DNA from: Hydrurus foetidus
Lineage: Eukaryota
Direction of reading: 5' to 3'
DNA length: 39,273 bases
NCBI GenBank assembly: GCA_900617105.1
Contig: UYFQ01000418.1
Coordinates: 1 to 39,273 of the forward strand
Shown here: piece by piece, positions 22,422 through 31,610 of the stretch
Position numbering within the stretch: position 1 is the stretch's first letter
Layout of the letters: each line of letters begins with the position of its first letter
Program-made: the position numbers and the translations under genes
Notes under the pieces: generated by a model
Told to the model about the DNA's origin: nothing
Seen by the model: only the letters and a program-made list of their open reading frames with translations
Databases searched by the model: none

Positions 22422-24731
22422 ATGTCACGCGAAATCAGAGAATTGACTGGCGGCAACGCAATTGCGACGATAAGGGGGAAAATTTCTGCATCGAATAGTT
22501 TCTCTCAGTTCTTGAACGTTGCTGCTGCAACCAGTATCGATGATATTGAGGAGCAGGAGCTTTGCAATCCTGCCCTGTTGCGAAGATATGCGACTTTCTT
22601 GGTTGATCACTTCGTGACTGGTGACGACGATCGATTAATGTGTGACAGTGCAAAGCAGTACCTCTCAGGCGTATACAACGTGATCAAATTGCGTTTCCCG
22701 TTGAATGCAAACTATACAGCTGGTGGAAGCGAGTGGTACAAAAAGTTAAGGAAAGATATTACAAGTCAGATTACTTTAAGATGCATCGAATTAGGTGAGG
22801 GGTGGACAATTGAGTTCAAAGTACTTTCCAATAGTACGTAACACGACATCTCATCTTATCATGCATCAAATCAGGAGAGGAGGTGGCATCAAAGTCTTTT
22901 CCAATTGGACGAGATATGCTGAATGATATCTGTCGTTACCTGATTCAATCAAATACAACCGATGGAATCATTCATAGATTCGAATTTGTGATGCAGTTCT
23001 CATCCGGTGGGGGTTGGAGCGGAGAAGGTGCTTCAGCATCAGCAAATGGTTGCAACTGGGATTCTTTGTTGACTGCACTTACGTTGAACTGGAACCAGAA
23101 GAAGATAAGAAGACAGGATATTGTCAATTATGTCAATGACTGGGAGTTCTACGGAATAGATTTCTATCACGCATTTGCTGGGTATTTGATAGTCAAAGGT
23201 GGCACAGCAAAAAAGGCAAACGAAGTGGATGGTAGGAGCGCAAACTTCATCTTTCCGCATCTGGCTTCCTTGAAGGGATCTGGGGCGGCTGCGAAAAATA
23301 CACGATTTCTGCAAGAACTTGCTGGAAAAGTTGTAAACTTGCCATCCAATGTGGACGGCACCAGCTTGAGATCAGGGGCTATCCAAGAGATGGCCATCCA
23401 TCCTACCACCGACATGTTTCATGTTGCTGTCAGATCAGGACATCAGCAGGACCTGAGCATCAACTGCCGTGCATTCGAATAAACATGGTGTTTACCTTCT
23501 TCAACTCTCGTGGGGGGTATGGCTCTTGCTGGATACTCAAACAGCCGAAGAAAATGCTTCACCGCCCGCCTACCCTTGTACCCAAAACAAGATGACCAAC
23601 ATGATGGCATCCTTATTCCAGAGTGACATCGAGTTCGGCGATGCAAAGCAGCAACTCTACCACTGTCTCCTTGCGACCTTGCTAATGTCGCTGCAAAGAA
23701 TGGTAAGCCAACATGGAGTGAGCAGTATTATCGTGAAGGAAGTATTGGGAAAAGCAAGAGAGTTTAGCATCAGTTATGAAGATCTTCTAAGTTATGGCTC
23801 TTTGATCCGTAACGATTTTATCGAGCGTAATGTGGCCCACATTCCGATTCTTCCAGCTGTATCTGAGGTAGATGATCACTTCTATTATTATTTTGTTTGT
23901 ATCTGATCGTGTGCTGATAGTAAGATGTACTACGTACCGTCACCTTCACTTCACTTCATTTCATTTTATTTCACTTCACTTCACTTCACTTCACTTCACT
24001 TCACTTCACTTCACTTCACTTCACTTCACTTCACTTCACTTCACTTCACTTCACTTCACTTCTCGAGACGCTGGTCCAGAGGACTCCAGCACGACAGTGC
24101 CAGTAGGGTTGCAACTCCATCAAGAGTTATTGCTTTGGAAGACAACAGAGCAAACCTAGTTGAACCCAATCTGTTATCTTCCTCGAGCAACGCTGTACTT
24201 ATGACGATTTCAGGTATGAAGAAGCTCATCGCGAAGAATGTTCTCACCGACTATATGGTCCACAACGTGAAGCAATTTCCTCTGAACCTTGTTATAAATG
24301 TCAAAGATCCGGAAAGAGAAAGGAAGAGAATAATAAGAGTGATAGAGTATATGATGAGTTTTGCAACGGAAGCCGAGAAAGCTGATATTACCTGCCCACA
24401 GCCTTTGAAGAGCAGTACGACATGGGTCCCTTGGTTCAGTCGATTGAAATCCGTCTGCGAAACCCTCCAGACCAAGGCTATGGCTGCTCTTCTTGCTGCG
24501 GAGCTTGCAACAATGTCTGCAGAAGAAATCAAGAAAATCAAGCAACGGGATCCCTATGTCTCTTCAGTGGCCTCTAGAATTGGCTCGTACATTGATGTGC
24601 AGAGCAACAAGAGGAAAGGTGCCGACAATGCCGCAGAAGGTTTCAGCAAGCTCTTCAAGAAGACGGCCTCCTCATCATCGTCTTCAGCATCCTCATCTTC
24701 TTCAGCATCCTCTGTGTCTTCTTTGGTTTAA
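22422..24731 (+). pseudogene. Tyrosine recombinase YR-B (Crypton-like), paralogue of YR-A; introns 22795-22874 and 23868-~24089 (acceptor uncertain)
   Basis: Aligns by eye with YR-A over its length (DSAKQYLSGV/DSANQYFTGV, ITLRCI/ITRRCI, WNQKK/WNQQK, TSLRSG/TDLRVG, GMALAGY/GRALSGY, IRNDF/VRNDF, WFSRLK/WHNRLK, poly-Ser tail). The catalytic Arg position reads Trp (GWSGE), the catalytic Tyr position is TAA (AFE*, 23480-23482), and there is a frameshift near 23575. Confidence 0.85.
23945..24061. repeat. (TTCAC)n microsatellite inside the last intron of YR-B
   Basis: About 23 pentamer units, a few degenerate. Confidence 0.95.
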
Positions 24732-24916
24732 TTTAGTTTACTTTGCATTTCATAATTAGTTCATTTGTGCGGCACATACAATCCAGTAACATGAGGTGAT
24801 TTGGTGCAGTATGATATGTTGTAATTAGAAGACATTTGACAAGATTTGATATGATAGTAATGATAGCAGAAAAATAAGTAAGTGATAAGCAGTTAAATGA
24901 TAAACAATCAATCTTC

Positions 24917-26050
24917 TGCTGGTGCTAGTACAGGTGATGATTCCGAACAAGTAGACAGCACGAAGGTGCTCCTGTTGTATCGTTAGAGATGCGATGCTGG
25001 TGCTAGTACAGGCGACGATTCCAATGAAAGGGAGAGTTGTCACAACAACTGTACAAGTCAGTATGCTCATGAGACATAGGACAGTGCGAAGGTGCTCCTG
25101 TTGTATCGTTAGAGATGCGATGCTGGTGCTAGTACAGGCGACGATTCCAATGAAAGGGAGAGTTGTCACAACAACTGTACAAGTCAGTATGCTCATGAGA
25201 CATAGGACAGTGCGAAGGTGCTCCTGTTGCACCGTTAGAGATGCGATGCTGGTGCTAGTACAGGCGACGATTCCAATGAAAGGGAGAGTTGTCACAACAA
25301 CTGTACAAGTCAGTGTGCTCATGAGACATAGGACAGTGCGAAGGTGCTCCTGTTGTACCGTTAGAGATGCGATGCTGGTGCTAGTACAGGCGACGATTCC
25401 AATGAAAGGGAGAGTTGTCACAACAACTGTACAAGTCAGTGTGCTCATGAGACATAGGACAGTGCGAAGGTGCTCCTGTTGTACCGTTAGAGATGCGATG
25501 CTGGTGCTAGTACAGGCGACGATTCCAATGAAAGGGAGAGTTGTCACAACAACTGTACAAGTCAGTATGCTCATGAGACATAGGACAGTGCGAAGGTGCT
25601 CCTGTTGTACCGTTAGAGATGCGATGCTGGTGCTAGTACAGGCGACGATTCCAATGAAAGGGAGAGTTGTCACAACAACTGTACAAGTCAGTGTGCTCAT
25701 GAGACATAGGACAGTGCGAAGGTGCTCCTGTTGTACCGTTAGAGATGCGATGCTGGTGCTAGTACAGGCGACGATTCCAATGAAAGGGAGAGTTGTCACA
25801 ACAACTGTACAAGTCAATGCTCAGAGACATAGGACAGTGCGAAGGTGCTCCTGTTGTACCGTTAGAGATGCGATGCTGGTGCCAGTACAGGCGACGATTC
25901 CAATGAAAAGGAGAGTTGTCACAACAACTGTACAAGTCAGCTGCTCATGAGACATGGACAGTGCGAAGGTGCTCCTGTTGCACTGTTAGAGATGCGATGC
26001 TGGTGCCGCCAGTGATGATTCCAATGAGGGTGAGAGTTGTCACAACAACT
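24917..26050. repeat. 126-bp tandem array, ~9 near-identical copies
   Basis: GACAG(T/C)(G/A)CGAAGG recurs at 24954, 25080, 25206, 25332, 25458, 25584 and 25710, then with small deletions at ~25833 and ~25957. Confidence 0.95.
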
Positions 26051-26508
26051 GAGCAATACAGTTAATGAAGGATGGTCGCTGAGGTTGGCCGCCGCGGAAG
26101 ATGGTTGGGCTCCGAGGATACGGGTGAGCTCGAATGAGATCATGATGCGCCGCTGGAGCTCCCATGCTGGCGTTGCCGCCAGTGATGATTCCAATGAGGG
26201 TGAGAGTTGTCACAACAACTGAGCAATACAGTTAATGAAGGATGGTCGCTGAGGTTGGCCGCTGGATACTGGTGAGCTCGAATAAGATCATGATGCGCCG
26301 CTGGAGCTCCCATGCTGGCGTTGCCGCCAGTGATGATTCCAATGAGGGTGAGAGTTGTCACAACAACTGAGCAATTCAATTAATGAAGGATGGTCGCTGA
26401 GGTTGGCCGCTGGATACTGGTGAGCTCGAATAAGATCATGATGCGCCGCTGGAGCTCCCATGCTGGCGTTGCCGCCAGTGATGATTCCAATGAGGGTGAG
26501 AGTTGCCA
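26000..26508. repeat. 148/170-bp tandem array (~3.3 copies) sharing a core with the 126-bp array
   Basis: AGTGATGATTCCAATGAGGGTGAGAGTTG at 26011, 26181, 26329 and 26477. Confidence 0.92.
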
Positions 26509-27349
26509 GAACAGCTACGATCGCAACTAATAGCAGCGTTGTTAGTACTTCCTCCGTGAAAGAATGGTTGGGAAAAGTCGAAAAGAGCAGTGGTCGAGAC
26601 ATTTCATTTCGTCGCGAAATGGTTTTCCTCGAGGAAGATCTTTGCTTTCCTGTTCAATGTTGAAGAAAGAATTAGTTTCGAAGTGAATTTCGTGTATTGC
26701 TGAGGTTGAATCATGTCACGTGTGGATCATTCGATGATTCGAACTTTCTAGCGCGGAACTGGATGGATTTGGAGTATCCTGAAGATTTTTCTTCGTCAGA
26801 GGACAGACTTTTGTCGCCGGAAAGACGAATTTCTGACTCAGAGGAAGTGAGTTTGCGTCTTCTGCGTGCTCTCTACTTGAGTAGTGCTTGACGATTTGGA
26901 TGACACTGAAGAAACTGAGCTGGCAGATGGCAGATGCGCCAGGAAAACTGACATGAAAGTCCGTTTCGGAAGTTCGAAAATTAGGAGTAATAAGGAATTT
27001 CTTAAAGGGATATTAGGAGTAATTAGATCATCGGATAATAGGGGTAATATTGAATTTATTTGGTGGAATGTCTCTCCGCGAAACGGCCGATTCGCCGGCG
27101 AATCACGCATTTTTTGAGATGAAACTCTTAGGCTCCCCAAAAAATTTGAGCGGTGGTTTGTCCGTTGTCCGACTTTAGACCCCTCAAAAATTTCAGACCC
27201 CCGATTTCTGGTGTGTGTTCGGTAAACCGTTTCCAGAGGAAATCACAGCTTTCAGAAGTTGAAATCGCCCCGTCATATTCAACTTTGAAAAAAATGAAGA
27301 AGGTTTTTCAACGAAGTTTGCCGAACCCAGCGACTACTTCCACACTTCC

Positions 27350-30300
27350 TGTTGTACACTAAGATTCAGTTTACACTGAATGGACAACTATATCCTTCCT
27401 GGGTACGTGCTCCTTCTGCAGGTTCAACACGTGCGCTAGCAGCTATCCCGGGCTCAAGGTGAAAGCTCTGCTGGTGTGAGTATTAAGGTAATTAACGATG
27501 CAACATCGCTTACATCGTTCATGGAGACAGGCGAAAAGATCGCGCTGTCCCGCACAGTCAAACATGGTGCACTTTCATCATTTTGATGTTCCTGGGTTAA
27601 AGGAACCTGGACCGGTGGAGTAGCGACCACCACACAGCACACGACGTACGAAACGTCATCAAATGTACATACGTAATAACTTATACGGTTACTTAGCTCA
27701 TTAGTTATTCCGACACACCCCTATGGCGTGAGTCGTCGGGTTGGTGTACGCGAATGAAAACGCAATAGGATTCAAAAATGCTCCGTTTACTTGGAGTTTC
27801 ACAAATGGTGTATCATAACATGATTTCGTAGTGTAGGGAAGTAGGGTAATAGTGAGGTTGACTTTAATCGTGACGTTAGATGATTTATTACACACAGGGT
27901 AATTTTAGTATCATAAGGTCTGACTGATCCGAATGAGCATAGAGTTAAACAATACTAAAAAGACTTTATGTAACACGCAAACGAATGCACTTGAAATTAT
28001 TTTCTGACTGCTAGTACTATCTCGTTCCAGAATCGGGTCTTGGGTCTGGGTCCACGTTCCTCGCTCTTTATGTCTCTGTCAGGACTTTCTTGGGGTCTTC
28101 AGTGTGCGGTCTTGGTCTCGAATCGCACTTGACGGGGTAGAAAAAAATGATGGAGAGGGGTAGCAGGAATGGTGGAGTCTTGGTGTCTTGAGTGGTCAGT
28201 CTTCGTCATGATGCGCACTGATGGGGTAGTAGAGTTGGATGGGATGGCAGTAGGAATGACGGAGTCTTGGGGTCTTGAGTGTTCAGTCTTCAGCTGAAGC
28301 GGACAGCGGCGTTGTAGTAGGGTAAGACGGAGGGGGTAGCAGGTCGGATGGAGTCTTCGTCAGTAAGTGTTAGTTCTTCTTGGACGTGGGGTATGGGAAC
28401 CGTGGGTTGGATTTTGTGCGTACGGTCGGTGCGGAGTCCTCAGTCTTGCAGCCTTCTGCGTACGTGAGGGTACATGGTGTGGTGTTGAGTAGCTCCTTCC
28501 TGAGCTTCTTGAACAATGCCCCCTATAGTGGTTTAGTTAGAATATCTGCAATCATGTCAGTAGTAGGTAAATACACAATATCAATATCGCCGGTGATAAC
28601 CCTGTCGTCTAGGAAAAAGTATCGATTGTCTACGTGACGCGTCCGTTCGCTGTTCGAACGACCGTTACGCATCAGTTGTATCGTGGACTGATTGTCCTGG
28701 TATATGAGTGCAGGAGGTTGAGGGTGTCCCTGGCGTTCTAGGAAGTTCCTAGTCCACAGCACTTGGTTAGAGGCGTCGCTGAGTGCGACCAACTCTGCCT
28801 CCGTGCTCGACTTTGTCATCAGTCGCTGGGTTCCGCTCTTAGCGTAGATCGCTCCCTTTCCCAGGGTGATCACGCAGCCTGTGTGACTTTTCATATCGGG
28901 ATGTATGGCAAAGGATGCATCGATGTATGCAATAACATGGATAGGTTCAAACACTTCGAAAGTTATACCCATGTGTTGGGTGCCCCATACTGTACTGTAC
29001 TGTATTGTACGGGTCAGCTTGTCGTAGTCGTCCCTTTGGGGCTTCAGTACTCTCTTAGTTAGGACGCCACGGCTGTCAGGATGTCTGGCCTCGTCCGCTT
29101 ACTCAAGTAGAGTAGCTTAGCTGTAATAGAATGAAAACGCTCACGCAAATTATCAGGTAAGTATGAGTCGGATTCAGCAGGTGTAGTAAATAGGTTTGGC
29201 CGTGCGGGTGTGGTAGCCGTGCCCGGCATATCCCCGCACCCCTCAATGAAATCTTGTACAAATCCCTCCATTGTCATCTTGACCTTCCCTTCCTATGTAA
29301 TACCTATGTAATTTAAAACTTGTATAGTTTCAATTTGATTTATAACATCATCCACACGAGATTTAGATGAAGCAGTGATAATCATATCATCAACATGAAT
29401 TACGAGTGAGGTTTGTGTTTTATCCGGCTCAGTTCGGTTCAATACGCAGATATCATATTCATTAGCAATATAATTGAATTTAATTAAATCACTGGATAGT
29501 TTGTTATACCACAATTTAGCAGATTCAACACATCCATATAATGCCTTCTTAAGTTTAACAATTCATGTTCCATTGTTATTCATGTATTTGTTATATGTTG
29601 CATCAATAAATTAGTGCAGCAGTCAGTTGTTTGTTCAAACTCATGTATACAACATGCTCACCGGTCAGCGGCACCGGGGAAGTCAACAGTGGCAACAGCG
29701 CGTTTCTGTCTAGCAGCAATTGCAGTCAATATGAATACACTAGATGTGCTAGCAGTAGGTGATGCGCCATTGTTGTAAACATCACTATCTTGTAAGTGCC
29801 CACCGGCTACTAGTCTAGATTTCAGTTTTTCGAACATACCATCATTTTCTAAACATGCTACTCGGTATGATGGTGCGTTTTTGTTGTGGGGTGAGGGATT
29901 CATAAGTTACACCTTCCCAAACATTATTATCACACATTTGTTTAGGTTCAGATGTGATGGAATCAACAGCTATCACCCCTAACTTATTAATTCCTTCATT
30001 GACAGTCACAGGTGAGTTTGATTATAACAGGTTCCCAACATATTTCTTATCCCATTTACCTAGTTGATGGTTTCTACCGCTTCTACGCAACACGGGTAAG
30101 TTGATAACAGGTGGATCATATGCAGTGTCTATTATGGAGTCAGGTGGTGTGGATACTTCTGGGTGTACAATTACATCAACAAAGTCATCTTCATCATCGC
30201 TTGTACCAAATATATCGTCTATCAATGCTTGATCGTATTTTGGTGTGGAAACATGTGTGTCATCATGTGTGTCATCATAATATAGTTCGTCATTATCATA

Positions 30301-30656
30301 TGTAGTGTTATTCACATCCAGTCGGTCATCTACATATTCATCTAATGTGGATGGGTGATTTTCATCAGACATATCGAGTTGTGATTCAGGATCTGTGTCG
30401 TTATCATTGAGGTCGTTATCTTCAATAATCTCGTCGGTGTAATCTGCGTTAGCGTTTTCATCGACAGTTTCATATTCGACATCACCAATGTAAGCACTAT
30501 CATCTTCAACATCATCGTCGTCATCATCAAATACAGCGTGACTACTCTTCTCAAATACAGGCTGTTTAACATTGGCAGTTTTTCTCTTTGAAGCTAATAC
30601 ATTCAGGTGTAGTATCACTTCATCAGGCATAGGTAGTAGGGTCGCTTTAGTACGTT
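27350..30656 (-). mobile_element. Degenerate Copia-2 (3' LTR plus pol 3' half), interrupted on its 5' side by a Gypsy-like insertion
   Basis: Putative LTR TGTTG(27350)...CGACA(27715) followed by the same CACCCCTATG as Copia-1; broken pol on the minus strand. The left LTR boundary is inferred because no partner LTR is in the window. Confidence 0.85.
28480..30656 (-). pseudogene. Copia pol remnant (integrase C-terminus, RT, RNase H) with many stops and frameshifts
   Basis: LLPMPDEVI (cf. ILPMPESVI in Copia-1), KLKSRLVAGG, TVDFPGA, HVDD, KLLYLSKRTRPD, YIDASFAIHPDMKSHTG, TKSSTEAELVALSD, YQDNQS, ADILTKPL*G. Confidence 0.92.
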
Positions 30657-31045
30657 TGTGGCTCCCTCAGGGTCTGCTACCCCATTCAGCCGATTAGATG
30701 CTGTTTCCACCTTAGTACCTTCGTGTTCACAGCCACGACTATCAGTCACTAGCTAGTTTGTGCTGCTTTGCAGAAGTTACTAGCGTACCTTCTGTTTGCA
30801 TCCCTAACTAACAAGCTCCTTTTAGCCTTTAGACTTCCCTTTCTTTGCCTCCAAGGTCACAGTAGATCTACTTCCTTTAGTTTCTCTTCTTTAGACCCTA
30901 TCCTCCTACTCTAAGCTACCTTCTTCTACGCTACCCTGCTGCCCTAACTCTCCCGATTACCCTGCGTGGAGAATCTCGAATTTTATTCGAAATTCTCGTT
31001 TACGGGCAATTCTTACTGTCGCGAGCAAGTCTCCGAAGTCTGGTT

Positions 31046-31406
31046 GCCGTAAACTTAGTCACTCGGATTGAGATTTATCTCCCGATACTTGACTATCTTG
31101 TGGTTGCTTGAGTTTCATCTCAGCAATCCCATACTATTGTGCAGAGTTAACCCAGTTAACTTCTGCCCATTTCTCGCTTCAAGCTTTGCTTGATTGACGT
31201 CCGTGGATAGCTTTGTCTTCCACGCCGTAAACTTAGTCACTCGGATTGAGATTTATCTCCCGATACTTGACTATCTTGTGGTTGCTTGAGTTTCATCTCA
31301 GCAATCCCATATCTTTGTGCAGAGTTAACTCAGTTAACTTCTGCCCATTTCTCGCTTCAAGCTTTGCTTGATTGACGTCCGTGGATAGCTTTGTCTTCCA
31401 CGCCGT
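31046..31406. repeat. 178-bp tandem duplication in the leader of element A
   Basis: GCCGTAAACTTAGTCACTCGG at 31046 and 31224; GCCGT again at 31402. Confidence 0.95.
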
Positions 31407-31610
31407 TCTCGTGGTTGGTCGAGCAAGTCTCCCAATCCCGGCTCATTTTGTACGGATTGATTCATTCATCCGTCCAGAACTTACTTGACTTATTTTGCTT
31501 CGCCTAATCGTCTGTTTGATTTTCATCCAAACGGCACGAGGCGAAGCCCTTGCAAATTTTTTTTGGCGACTCTCGCTACTTAAAATTGTCAAGACATAAG
31601 TCATTTAACG

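Noticed and set aside
24825..25950. 318-aa and 330-aa repetitive ORFs on both strands
   Set aside because: They follow from a stop-free 126-bp unit (a multiple of 3); no domain or other evidence of coding.
24917..26508. CRISPR-like array
   Set aside because: The sequences between the shared cores are near-identical rather than unique spacers, there are no cas genes, and the context is eukaryotic.
17718..27130. Sola3- or Kolobok-type element suggested by TTAA|GAG ... CTC|TTAG
   Set aside because: The flanking tetramers differ, there is no extended TIR and no DDE transposase inside; kept only as a weak boundary hint.
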